A stretch of 64,000 nt of DNA from the NCBI GenBank assembly GCA_964016885.1, contig OZ024760.1:19902001-19966000 (forward strand), written 5' to 3'. The notes beneath the pieces are model-generated. The model worked only from the letters and a program-made list of their open reading frames with translations, did no database searches and was not told the origin of the DNA. Below are positions 1 through 13,561 of the stretch, in pieces (the stretch's first letter is position 1; every line of letters starts with the position of its first letter). Origin of the DNA: Eledone cirrhosa (lineage: Eukaryota). The position numbers and the translations under genes were made by a program.

Positions 1-905
1 TGCTGTTGCAACTTGTTGCTGCTGCTGCTGCTGTTGTTGTTGCTGTCACTGTTGCTGCTGCTGTTGTGGCTGTTGCCTGCCGTTCTTGTAGTTCTCACTG
101 CTACTGATGCTGTTGTTGTTGCTGCTGCTGCTGTAGTTCTTACTGCTGCTACTACTGCTGCTGCTGTTTCAACTGTTGTAGCTCTCACTGCTACTGCTGC
201 TGTGTCAACTGCTGCTGCTGTTGCTACTTCTACGGCTGCTGTTGATGTAATTTACATTGATGTGAAGGAAAATACTACCACAAGAGCTCTGCTGCAGTTG
301 TTGTTGCTGTTGTTGCTGCTGTAGTTGTTGTTGTTGTTGCTGCTGTAGTTGTTGTTGTTGTTGCTGCTGTAGTTGTTGTAACTGTTATTGTTGTTGTTGC
401 TGCTGCTGTAGTTGTTGTTGTTGTTGTTGTTGCTGCTGTAGTTGTTGTTGTTGTTGCTGCTGTAGCTGTTGTTGTTGTTGCTGCTGTAGTTGTTGTTGTT
501 GTTGCTGCTGTAGCTGTTGTTGTTGTTGCTGCTGTAGCTGTTGTTGTTGTTGTTGTTGTAGTTGTTGTTGTTGTTGTTGCTGCTGTAGTTGTTGTAACTG
601 TTATTGTTGTTGCTGCTGTAGTTGTTGTAACTGTTGTTGTTGTTGTTGTTGCTGCTGCTGTAGTTGTTGTAACTGTTGTTGTTGTTGCTGCTGCTGTAGT
701 TGTTGTAACTGTTGTTGTTGTTGCTGCTGCTGTAGTTGTTGTAACTGTTGTTGTTGGTGTTGGTGTTGCTGCTGCTGTAGTTGTTGTTGTTGTTGTTGTT
801 GTTGTTGTAATTGTAGTAGTTGTAGTTGTTGTTGTTGTTGCTGCTGCTGTAATTGTAGTTGTAGTTGTAGTTGTAGTAGTTGTTGTTGTTGTAGTTGTCA
901 CTGTT
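1..905. repeat. Degenerate (GTT/GCT/GTA)n trinucleotide repeat
   Basis: Continuous gttgttgctgctgta-type triplets. The poly-L and poly-T ORFs are translations of this repeat. Confidence 0.9.
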
Positions 906-996
906 ACTCCATTGTTTCTGTAGTCGCAGTTAGAGGCCAATACCACACGCGGATACTTAACCATTCGATGTGACGAAGCTACGTATATATAATATT

Positions 997-997
<1 letters not shown>

Positions 998-1071
<74 letters not shown>

Positions 1072-1211
1072 CAGACTCAATATATACACAGGCTCACATA
1101 CACATACTAACATACACACATGCACTCGTGTACATATACACTTACATGCCAATTATATATATATATACGTACATATATATATGTGTGTGTGTGTATATAT
1201 ATGTGTGTGTG

Positions 1212-1242
<31 letters not shown>

Positions 1243-1487
1243 ATATATATATGTGTGTGTGTGTATATATATATGTGTGTATATATATGTGTGTGTGTAT
1301 ATATATATGTGTGTATATATATGTGTGTGTGTGTGTATATATATATGTGTGTGTGTGTGTGTGTATATATATATGTGTGTATATATATGTGTGTGTGTAT
1401 ATATATATGTGTGTATATATATGTGTGTGTGTGTGTATATATATATGTGTGTGTGTGTGTGTGTATATATATATGTGTGTATATATA

Positions 1488-1518
<31 letters not shown>

Positions 1519-1599
1519 GTGTGTATATATATATATATGTGTGTGTGTATATATATATGTGTGTATATATATATATGTGTGTGTGTGTATATATATATA

Positions 1600-1636
<37 letters not shown>

Positions 1637-1683
1637 GTGTATATATATATATGTGTGTGTATATATATATATATGTGTGTGTG

Positions 1684-1714
<31 letters not shown>

Positions 1715-1715
1715 A

Positions 1716-1760
<45 letters not shown>
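998..1760. repeat. (CA)n tract followed by a compound (TA)n(TG)n microsatellite
   Basis: Seen directly in the sequence. Confidence 0.95.
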
Positions 1761-1902
1761 TCTTACATACAAGCAGCAACTGTATACACACGAAGACCGG
1801 GAAAATTTGTGAGATTATTAAGGATGTGTGTCGAGATTCTGGTTATTGATACTACTGCTGCTGCTGCTTCTGTTGTTGATGATGATGATGATGATAATGG
1901 CG

Positions 1903-1953
<51 letters not shown>

Positions 1954-2029
1954 GAGAGAGAGATAGGTTGAATGAAGTTGATGATGGTGATGATGGTGGC
2001 TATATATATATATGTGTGTGTGTTTGCGT

Positions 2030-2512
<483 letters not shown>

Positions 2513-3373
2513 TTGAATGTTATTGACACTGCTGCTACTCTTGTTGATGGAGCTGATATTGATGATGATGATGATGATGATCACGATGACACCACTATGT
2601 GTGTGTGTGTACGCATATATATATATATGTATATATATATGGGGATGTGGGTGCGTATATATATCTGTGTATGTATGTGTGTGAGTGTGTATTCTATATA
2701 TATGTGTGTGTGTGTGGATGTGTGCGCATATATATGTGAGTGTGATTGCGTTAATGTGTGTATGTATGTATATATATGTGTGTGTGTGTCTATGTGTATA
2801 TATGTGTGTGGGTAATGGCAGCTAAAGGTGTGTGTTTGTATATATATATGTATATGTGTGATTGTATGTATGTATGTATGTGTGTGTGCGTCTATGTGTG
2901 TGTAATGGCAGCTAAAGGTGTGTGTTTGTATATATATATATATGTGTGTGTGTGATTGTTTGTATGTATGTATGTATATGTGTGTGTCTATGTGTATATA
3001 TATATATATGTGTGTGTGTGTGTCTATGTATGTGTAATGGCAGCTAAAGGTGTGTGTATGTATATATATATATATATATATGTGTGATTGTATGTATGTA
3101 TATGTGTGTGTCTATGTGTATATATATATATGTGTGTGTCTATGTATGTGTAATGGCAGCTAAAGGTGTGTGTTTGTCATGTAGAAAGATCAAACCTGGA
3201 CACGTATAAAGTTATGAGATGCAACATGTACAACATGAGAGAGGGGGGGAGACAGAGAGGTATAGAGAGAGAGACAGGAATTTATAGAGAGAGACAGAGA
3301 GGAATAGAGACAGACAGACAGACAGAGAAGAATTTATATATAGAGAGAGAGACTGACAGACAGACAGAGAGGA

Positions 3374-3438
<65 letters not shown>

Positions 3439-3555
3439 TAGATATATATATATATATAGATAGAGAGAGAGGTAGATATATATATATATAGAGAGAGGTA
3501 GATATATATATAGAGAGAGAGAGAGGTAGATATATATATATATAGAGAGAGGTAG

Positions 3556-3587
<32 letters not shown>

Positions 3588-3743
3588 GTAGATATATATA
3601 TATAGAGAGAGAGAGAGGTAGATATATATATATAGAGAGAGAGAGAGGTAGATATATATATATATAGAGAGAGAGAGAGAGGTAGATATATATATATAGA
3701 GAGAGAGAGAGGTAGATATATATATATAGAGAGAGAGGGGTAG

Positions 3744-3777
<34 letters not shown>

Positions 3778-4164
3778 GTAGATATATATATAGAGAGGGA
3801 TAGTGACTATAACAACAACAACTATACAAAAAAGCCAAATTGATTACAATTCATCAATTATGTTCTTTTGTTTCCATCTTTAAATCTCGATAGCCTTTCC
3901 TCTCTTTTCCTTTCACTTTCCTTTCTCCTTTCCTCTCATTCTCTCTCACTCTCTTACAATCTTTCTCTCTCACACACACAGTTCCTCTCTCTTTCTCTCT
4001 CACACTGTTTCTCTCTATCTTTAACTCTCTCTCCCTCTCTCACACTTTCACCCTTTCTTTCTTGCTATAGTTTTCACTCAAGTCTCTCCCTCAAGATTGT
4101 GTGTATGTGTATATATGTGTGTGTGTATTTGTGTGTGTGTGTTATATGTATAAATATATATATA

Positions 4165-4505
4165 TAGGTGTGTGTGTATATATATATATATGTGTGTGCG
4201 TGTGTGTATATATAGCTGTGTATGTGTGTGTATATATAGCTGTGTATGTGTGTGTATATATAGCTGTGTATGTGTGTGTATATATAGCTGTGTATGTATG
4301 TGTGTGTATATATGGCTGTGTATGTATGTGTGTGTATATATAGCTGTGTGTGAGTGTGTATATATAGCTGTATGTGTGTGTATATATAGCTGTGTATGTG
4401 TGTGTATATATAGCTGTGTATGTGTGTGTATATATAGCTGTGTGCGTGTGTGTATATATAGCTGTGTATGTATGTGTGTGTATATATAGCTGTGTGTGAG
4501 TGTGT
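4165..4505. repeat. Minisatellite of about 24 bp (tatatatagctgtgtatgtgtgtg)
   Basis: Repeated tatatagctgtg anchor. Confidence 0.85.
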
Positions 4506-4879
4506 ACTATTTCTCGTTTCTCTTTTACCTTGTTGCTTCTTGAAGTTTGGGGAACAATTAATTCCGTCTAAATTCAATGACCAAACATTACATACAGGTG
4601 CTTGGTTATTATTAAATATATATATTTTATATTGTATAATACTGTACAATAGTGTTTTATATGGTACTATATTGCATTGTTCTATATTATGCCATATTGC
4701 ATTGCATCACATATTGTATTGTGTTGTTACATATTGTATTGTTTATTACATATCGTAGTGTTTAATACATATTGTATCATGTTATACAGTGCTGAATTTC
4801 AATAATATTGTGTTGTTATATATTGTACTGTGTTGGACTGTTATGTGTGTTATTACATATTGCAATGTATTACTGTACT

Positions 4880-5495
4880 GTCATATTGTAGTTATATTGA
4901 AGTCATATTGAAGTCATGTTGAAATCATATTGTGTTCATATTGTAGTCATATTGTGTTCATATTGTAGTCATATTGTGTTCATATTGAAGTCATATTGTG
5001 TTCATATTGAAGTCATATTGTGTTCATATTGAAGTCATATTGTGTTCATATTGTAGTCATATTGTGTTCATATTGGAGTCATATTGAAGTCATATTGTGT
5101 TCATATTGAAGTCATATTGAAGTCATATTGTAGTCATATTGAAGTCATATTGTAGTCATATTGAAGTCATATTGTAGTCATATTGTGTTCATATTGAAGT
5201 CATATTGAAGTCATATTGTGTTCATATTGAAGTCATATTGTAGTCATATTGAAGTCATATTGAAGTCATATTGTGTTCATATTGTGTTCATATTGAAGTC
5301 ATATTGAAGTCATATTGTAGTCATATTGAAGTCATATTGTGTTCATATTGAAGTCATATTGTGTTCATATTGAAGTCATATTGTGTTCATATTGAAGTCA
5401 TATTGAAGTCATATTGTAGTCATATTGTGTTCATATTGAAGTCATATTGTGTTCATATTGAAGTCATATTGAAGTCATATTGTAGTCATATTGAA
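4880..5495. repeat. 11-bp minisatellite tcatattg(aag/tag/tgt)
   Basis: About 55 units with an invariant tcatattg core and three main 3-nt variants. Confidence 0.95.
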
Positions 5496-6379
5496 GGGTT
5501 TTAGAAATAAAGGAAATTGTTAGAAATATAGAAATATATGCTAAAAAATTTTTAAAAATAAGATACTGTTGAAAAAAATGATGTTGTTATTGGTGTTGTT
5601 GATTTTTTATGATGCTGGTGGTGGTGATGATGATGATGATGGTGATAATGATTTTAATGTTATGTTGGTGATGAGGTTGATGTTGCTGATATTGTTGTTG
5701 GTGATGTTGATGGTAATGTTATGTTGTTGATGGGAATGGTATGTTGTTGGTGATGATGGTGATGGTAATGGTATGTTGGTGATGCTGATGTTGATGGTAA
5801 TGTTATGTTGGTGATGCTGATGGTGATGGTAATGGTATGTTGTTGGTAATGGTATGTTGTTGGTGATGATGATGGTATGTTGTTGGTGATGCTGATGGTG
5901 ATGGTAATGGTATGTTGTTGGTGATGCTGATGTTGATGGTAATGTTATGTTGGTGATGCTGATGGTGATGGTAATGTTATGTTGTTGGTGATGCTGATGT
6001 TGATGGTAATGGTATGTTGGTGATGCTGAAAGTGATATCTACGATGTTGCTAATGCTGTTGTTGTATATCTTATACAGCTGTTGCTACTATCGTTACAGC
6101 TGATATATTTGTTGCTGATGTTGTTGATGTTGCTGTTACTGTTGATGGTGATGGTGATGGTAGTAGTGTGGTTGTGGTGATGCTGGTAGCAGTTGTTATT
6201 GTTGACAACAATATTGCGGTTGCTGCTGTTGTTGTTGTTGTGGTTGTTGCTGTTGTGGTTGGTGTTGCTGTTGTGGTTGCTGCTGTTGCTGTTGTTGTTA
6301 TTGTTGTAGTTGTTGTTGCAAGGAGTAGCTAGTGCAACAGTAGCAGAAACCATTTTAACCATCATTCACGGAAACACGG

Positions 6380-7645
6380 TTGTATTAGTAGCAGTAGTAG
6401 TGGTAGTGGTAGTGGTGGCAGTAGTAGTACTAGTAGCAATAGTGGTAGTGGTAGTAGGTAGTACCAGTAGTGTTAGTACCAGTAGAGGTAGTAGTAGTAT
6501 CACTATTATTATTATTAGTAGTAGTAGTAGTGGTAGTAGTGGCAGTAGTAGTACTAGTAGCAATAGTAGTAGTGGTAGTAGGCAGTACCAGTAGAGGTAG
6601 TAGTAGTATCACTATTATTATTATTAGTAGTAGTAGTAGTGGTAGTTGTGGCAGTAGTAGTACTAGTAGCAATAGTAGTAGTGGTAGTAGGCAGTACCAG
6701 TAGAGGTAGTAGTAGTATCACTATTATTATTATTAGTAGTAGTAGTAGTGGTAGTTGTGGCAGTAGTAGTACTAGTAGCAATAGTAGTAGTGGTAGTAGG
6801 CAGTACCAGTAGAGGTAGTAGTAGTATCACTATTATTATTATTAGTAGTAGTAGTAGTGGTAGTTGTGGCAGTAGTAGTACTAGTAGCAATAGTAGTAGT
6901 GGTAGTAGGCAGTACCAGTAGAGGTAGTAGTAGTATCACTATTATTATTATTAGTAGTAGTAGTAGTGGTAGTTGTGGCAGTAGTAGTACTAGTAGCAAT
7001 AGTAGTAGTGGTAGTAGGTAGTACCAGTAGAGGTAGTAGTAGTATCACTATTATTATTATTAGTAGTAGTAGTAGTGGTAGTTGTGGCAGTAGTAGTACT
7101 AGTAGCAATAGTAGTAGTGGTAGTAGGTAGTACCAGTAGAGGTAGTAGTAGTATCACTATTATTATTATTAGTAGTAGTAGTAGTGGTAGTTGTGGCAGT
7201 AGTAGTACTAGTAGCAATAGTAGTAGTGGTAGTAGGTAGTACCAGTAGAGGTAGTAGTAGTATCACTATTATTATTATTAGTAGTAGTAGTAGTGGTAGT
7301 TGTGGCAGTAGTAGTACTAGTAGCAATAGTAGTAGTGGTAGTAGGTAGTACCAGTAGAGATAGTAGTAGTAGTATCACTATTATTATTATTAGTAGTAGT
7401 AGTAGTGGTAGTTGTGGCAGTAGTAGTACTAGTAGCAATAGTGGTAGTGGTAGTAGGCAGTACCAGTAGAGATAGTAGTAGTAGTATCACTGTTATTATT
7501 ATTAGTAGCAGTAGTAGTAGTAGTACCAGCAGTAGTATAGTAGTACCAGCAGTAGTAGTAGTAGTAGTAGTACCAGCAGTAGTAGTAGTAGTAGTAGTAC
7601 CAGCAGTAGTATAGTAGTACCAGCAGCAGTAGTAGTAGTACCAGC

Positions 7646-7676
<31 letters not shown>

Positions 7677-7745
7677 CCAGCAGCAGTAGTAGTATAGTAG
7701 TACCAGTAGTAGTAGTAGTAGTAGTAGCAGTAGTGATGATAGTAG
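6380..7745. repeat. (AGT)n-derived tract with a 109-bp higher-order repeat (about 6475-7500)
   Basis: Near-identical ORFs start every 109 bp (6554, 6663, 6772, 6881, 6990, 7099, 7208). Confidence 0.9.
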
Positions 7746-7825
7746 TGTTAATAAGAAACGCAACAAGACCAATAACTATATTCCATTGTGATTGGAACTT
7801 TGATCCGCGTAAGTGCTGTTGTTGG

Positions 7826-7857
<32 letters not shown>

Positions 7858-9477
7858 GCGGTCGTGATAACGATGTTGATGATGATGATGATGATACTGT
7901 TGGCATCGATGCTGCTGCTGCTGCTGCTGTTGTTGTTGTTGTTGTTGTTGTAATAGAAGAGGAATAGTAGGAGTAAGATGTGGTCGACATTGTTGCTGTT
8001 GTTGTTGTTCGCTGTAAAACAGCACCAAGACTCCTTACATCCATATGCACCGCCGCCGCCGCCGCCACCACCTTAACCTCGTTATCCTCGTTATCGTCGT
8101 CTCCGCCGGCCGCCTCCCCTCTGCCGCCGCCATTTACATCGCCGTCTCCGCCATCATCACCTCCACCGTCGCCGCCGCCTTCTTCTTCGTCGTCGTCGTA
8201 GTCGTCGTCTTTTCTCAAATCACGACGAGATTTCGCGGCAAGCAAGTTCCCGTTGTTGGTTTCACTTGTGTGATGTGATGTGATGTGGTTGGATGTGGTT
8301 GTTGCTGGCGTTGTCGTCCTTGTTGCTGCTGTTGTTGTTGTCGTTGTCGTCCTTGTTGCTGTTGTTGTTGTCGTCCTTGTTGCTGCTGTTGTTGTTGTCG
8401 TCCTTGTTGCTGCTGCTGTTGTTGTTGTAGTTGTTGTTGTCTTCGCTGGTGGTGGTCGTGTGCTTGTGTGGTGACACTAGCGGCACCTATCTTTCACTTC
8501 TGGAACACTGCCTGCTTCCTACTTTCTTTCTCTTAGCATCATGTAGTAGCAACTGCTACACACACACACACACGTACACGTACCTGTATATACACATACA
8601 CACATATATGTATATATACATACATAATTCTTCATCACACACACACCTGTATAAATATATATATATATATATTCATACTTAATTCGTCACACATACGCAT
8701 ATATATATATATATACATACATAATTCGTCACACATACGCATATATATATATATATATATATACATACATAATTCGTCACACATACGCATATATATATAT
8801 ACACACATACACACTACGTGCATAATTCTTGATCACACACACGCATTCTCATTCATACACATACATGAACATATTTATTCACATGCACATACACACACAC
8901 GCGTGCATTTTGGTAAAATAGTGTCACCACCACCACCACCATCATTACCACCACCACCACCATCATCACCACGATCATCACCATCACCACCATCATTACC
9001 ATCACCATCATCACCACAATCATCAGCATCACCGCCATCATCAGCATCACCGCCAACACCACTGTAATATCCACCACCAGCATCATCATCATTACCACCG
9101 CTTCCACCAGCATCATCATCATCACTACCATCAACGCAACCACCACAATCTTCGTCATCACCTCCGCCGTCATCACCACCCACTCCCCTCTGTTACTTTC
9201 TGTTGCTCCCTAACACCCCCCCCCCACACACACACACACACAAATATGCATATTGCCACACACACATATATACGTACAATCACACACACACACCTGCGCT
9301 TATAAGCTCAAACATGCATACGTATACACAACACGTATATTCTCTTATACACATACACATATATTTACACAAATTCCTTTCTTCACGAGAATGCCTTTTT
9401 CCTTCTTTCTCTTTCATTCATTATTCACCCCCTCCCTCTCTCTCTTTCCCTCTATATATATATACCTTTATCTCTCG

Positions 9478-9510
<33 letters not shown>

Positions 9511-9789
9511 CCATAGTCTCGCTATCCCTAATAAACATACCACTACCACAACTACAACCACCTCCACCACCACATTTTCCCCGTCTCTTCCCAGTTCCTT
9601 GTTCAGTCAATCATTCACACACAATCGCGTCTGTGTAGTCACACTTTTATTCTCTACATATCTCCCTTGTCTGAGAGCACACCCCCTCCAATCTCTGTAT
9701 GTGTATATATATATATAACAAACACAAACACACACACATATATATATAGTAATAACACAAACACGCACATATATATATATAGTAATAAT

Positions 9790-10797
9790 CTATCTATCTA
9801 AGGCGGGTAAAATTCCCGAGATCCATGGACGAGTTCTCCCCAGCGGTCTCTGTCCCTCATTATCGCTGCCATATCCTGCATCTCCAACAGGCCAGTGTCT
9901 GTCCTTAGGGCATCAACATATGTTAACCTTGGTCTTCCTCTTCTAGTGTGTCCATGTAGGGGCTCCCAAAGGAGCACTGAGTGCAATGTCAACTCTGGGT
10001 GTCGGTGAGCATGTCCAGCCAACCTCAGTCTCCTCTGTGTCACTTTTGAGCTGACTTTTGGGATGCTCCCATACAGCTCTGAGTTTTTCATCCTCAGTGT
10101 ATACTGATTAATGTTCAGAGCCATCCTCAGCATTCTCGTGTAGCACCCATCCACCATCTGAGTGAGTTTCTTGGTCAGTGTCCAAGTCTCAGACCCATAC
10201 AGCAGCACAGACTCCACTACAGCAATGAAGAGGCGGATTTTCAGGTCTCTACGAAGGTCCGACTTCCACACCGATCTCAAGCTGTGGCACGCCGCCCAGG
10301 CCTTGCTCTTCCTCTCAACCACATCATCCTCCGTATTCCCAATCTTTGCTCCCAAATACAGGAAGTCCTCAACCAATTCCAGCGGCTTCCCGCCTACATT
10401 AGTGATCCCCTCTGGCTTCTCAACATTCTCTACCAGATATTTTGTTTTAGTCTCATTCATTCTCAGCCCCACACTCATCGACACAGTCTCAACCTCCCGC
10501 ATCAAATCCTCTGCCTCCTTCACTGTATTTGTCACCAAAACTATGTCGTCGGTAAATTCAGCATCCGATACCTTTTTCGCCCCAACTCTCCTGCTCTGAG
10601 CCGGTGCTACAGTAAAGCCAGAGTCCTGGTGTTTCTCCAGTGCAAGGCGCATACAATAGTCCACTACGATGACAAAAAGGTAGGGAGCCAATGTATCTCC
10701 CTGGAGCACTCCAGCCAGTATCTCAAAGAACTCTGTCATCCCATCAGGTGTAATGACTTGGGCTTTGGTGTTGGTGTAGGGCAGTGATATCAGGCAA
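9790..10797 (-). mobile_element. 5'-truncated RTE-like non-LTR retrotransposon (family B): RT C-terminal half plus C-terminal domain
   Basis: ORF 9798-10874(-) contains GVLQGDTLAPYLF, FTDDI (YADD box), FLYLG, LLYGSETW, RRLRLAGH and RRGRP, and ends in a short (TAGA)n tail. The N-terminal part of the called ORF, above about 10797, is not LINE sequence. Confidence 0.9.
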
Positions 10798-10817
10798 TAG
10801 TAATAATATATATATAT

Positions 10818-10990
10818 ATAACGAAGGAAATGTGGTAAGGAACCAGATGGACCATAACGCACCAAAGTACTCAATACTTAGGGTAGTAGAGTGGGTAATA
10901 GAAACAAGTATGACCCCGACGGCAGAGCTCAAGCCGTTTCGACGGCTAATTCTGGACTAATTTTTAGTCCAGAATTAGCCGTCGAAACGG
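10818..10990 (-). mobile_element. Penelope-like pLTR-type fragment: 3' half of a hammerhead plus tail, ending in a 27-bp-arm fold-back
   Basis: Minus strand reads GAAA-CGGC-ttgagctct-GCCG-TC, then CACTC..GAGTACTT. Perfect inverted repeat at 10934-10990. Related copies at 33212-33270 and 44121-44260. Confidence 0.55.
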
Positions 10991-11617
10991 GTACCATGGG
11001 CCCAATAATTGTCACAAGTGTAGTGTTTGTACCAGAGGTTTCAAGTCGCACTCATTCAGCGCATCGGTAGGGGTTCTCCTACATGGATATAAAGTAGTGG
11101 CTGTACTCGAAAATGAGTTGGCAGCCACCATTTGTATATATATATATATGTCTCTATGCTTTGTATGTGTATGTATGTGTGTGTATGTATATGTGTATAT
11201 ATCACCGGGAGAGACGACCCCTTAGCCTTTGTCAAGGCAGAATTCTAGGAGAAGGAAAACTCTGATATAACACCTGCAACCCTGATGGTATCCAATGATG
11301 TTGACTTGTTCTTCTTTTTGGTAAATATCATCTTGGTTAAGAGAGTGGGACTGGCTTTGTGCAGTGCCCTTGCTCACTATAAAAGCTTCACGGCACAGGC
11401 ATTGCTTTATATCTGGAGATCTCACTGCACTTGTCGTCACATGGTACCATGGGCCCAGCACTATGTGTCAATAATTGTCACAAGTGTAGTGTTTGTACCA
11501 GAGTTTTCAAGTCGCTGGCTGGACTAAAAAGTCACACTCGTTCAGCGCATCGGTAGGGGTTCTCCTACATGGATATAAAGTAGTGGCCGTACTCGAAAAC
11601 GAGTTGGCAGCCACCAT
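10990..11617. repeat. Direct duplication (10990-11131 and 11443-11617) flanking a dispersed repeat (11203-11400)
   Basis: Both copies read ggtaccatgggccc..aataattgtcacaagtgtagtgtttgtaccagag..cagcgcatcggtaggggttctcc..gagttggcagccaccat, with two deletions in the first copy. 11203-11400 (ctaggagaaggaaaactctga..gatgttgac..agagagtggga) has a diverged inverted homolog at about 41440-41635. Confidence 0.75.
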
Positions 11618-11706
11618 ATATGTATGTATATGTGTAAGTGTGTCTGTATTTGTATTTATATATATATATATGTCTCTATGCTATGTATTTGTGTCATGTA
11701 TGTGTG

Positions 11707-11762
<56 letters not shown>

Positions 11763-12102
11763 CTGTGTGCCAGTAAATTAGTGGCGACACCAAATTCCCC
11801 CCCCCCCCTCCGACCTGGTTTCAATATCTTCCCCCAGTACTAATTTAAGTCTTACATCAGACATACTAATATAATACTACATACAGAAGTGTGGGAGAGA
11901 GGGGGGAGGTGTCATCACCCCCCACCCCACCCCCCGCCTACAGCTATATCTCCCACACACACTCCCCCTGCCCCACATACATTTGACACTTCAGGCATAT
12001 GATAAAGAAAAGAAAAAACAACAAAATCAATATTACGCGCACTATGAAATGCACACACACACACGATGACATGCACATACACACGCATATGTTTTTGTAA
12101 AG

Positions 12103-12141
<39 letters not shown>

Positions 12142-12228
12142 ACACACACTTATACAGCTGTGTGTGTATGTGGGTGGGTGTAGTGATATTGACAGTGACA
12201 TTAAGATATATATACATACATATATATG

Positions 12229-12275
<47 letters not shown>

Positions 12276-12355
12276 TCATATATGTGTGTGTGTATGTATA
12301 TATATATATACATATACACACACACATTCATATATGTGTGTGTGTGTATGTATGG

Positions 12356-12386
<31 letters not shown>

Positions 12387-12491
12387 TATTCATTATATAT
12401 ATATATATAATGAATGTGTGTGTATATATGTATATATATATATATACATATATATATATACATATATATACATATATATACATATATGCGT

Positions 12492-12973
12492 ACGAAAGGC
12501 CGGTTGTATGATGCCTGTGTGAGGAGGGCGATGCTGCATGATAGTGAGACATGGGCAGCAACTGCAGAGGATATGCGACGGCTGGAGAGAAATGAGGCAA
12601 GCATGCTCCGTTGGATGTGCAGTGTAAATGTGCATGAACGACCCAGCATAAATGTGTTGAGAGAGAAACTGCGTCTGAGAGGGATAGAATGTAGTGTAGG
12701 GGAGAGGAGACTGAGGTGGTATGGACATGTGATGCACATGGAGGATGACCGATGGGTGAAGAAGTGCCAGGAAATGCCAGTTGAAGGAAGACGTGGTAGA
12801 GGTAGACCACGAAAAACATGGGCGGAGGTGGTGAGAACAGACCTCAGATCATTGAAGCTCACGGTGGAGATGACGAGGGACCGTGACGAGTGGAGAGATG
12901 CTGTGCTGAATAAGACCCGTCCCACCCTTGCAAGCAGGGAAAAGCGGACGTAAAATGATGATGATGATGATGA
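12492..12973 (+). mobile_element. 3' end of RTE-clade LINE (family A)
   Basis: [35 protein letters not shown] and GRRGRGRPRKTW, followed by a (TGA)n tail. Confidence 0.9.
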
Positions 12974-12976
12974 CAA

Positions 12977-13162
12977 GGGCGGTGGATTGGCAGTATTGGT
13001 AGAGAGTCGGACGCCATGCTTTCCAGCATAGAGTTACGTCCCTTTACGATCTGAGTTCAAATCTCGCCGAGGTTAACTTTGCCTTTCATCCTTACGGGGT
13101 CGATAAAATAAAGTACCAGTAATGCACTGGGTAATTGCTGGCCTTGTGCCTAAAGTAGAAAC

Positions 13163-13166
<4 letters not shown>
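12977..13166 (+). mobile_element. tRNA-derived SINE, family 1 (Meta-like central domain)
   Basis: A-box-like tggcagtattgg, B-box gagttcaaatc, and ttgcctttcatccttacggggtcgataaaataaagtacc. More than 10 copies in the window. Confidence 0.85.
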
Positions 13167-13196
<30 letters not shown>

Positions 13197-13206
13197 TATT
13201 ATATTC

Positions 13207-13285
13207 TGTGCTGAATAAGACCCGTCCCACCCTTGCAAGCAGGGAAAAGCGGACGTAAAATGATGATGATGATGATGATGATGAT
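13207..13285 (+). mobile_element. Extreme 3' tail copy of RTE family A
   Basis: Identical to 12902-12972 (tgtgctgaataagacccgtcccacccttgcaagcagggaaaagcggacgtaaaa followed by (tga)n). Confidence 0.85.
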
Positions 13286-13308
13286 ATATATACACACACA
13301 CTTTCACA

Positions 13309-13373
<65 letters not shown>

Positions 13374-13561
13374 GAATCAATACAGAACATTGAAAGATCT
13401 GTTTGCAATATGATCTGCTGTAATGTCGGCCATATTTCTCACTCACAGTGTAAACGCCACACATTTCTGGAACTCTGCAGAACATAAGATGGTGTCATTA
13501 TAACAATGTTTTCATCACTATGTTACCTCAGTGCCGTGTTCTTGTCTGGGTTTTATATAGT

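Noticed and set aside
7429-8540. Q/H/D/G-rich minus-strand ORFs with a short hydrophobic stretch (possible host exon or 5' UTR)
   Set aside because: The frames are discontinuous and lack ATG starts, with no recognisable domain or confident splice sites. RNA-seq would be needed.
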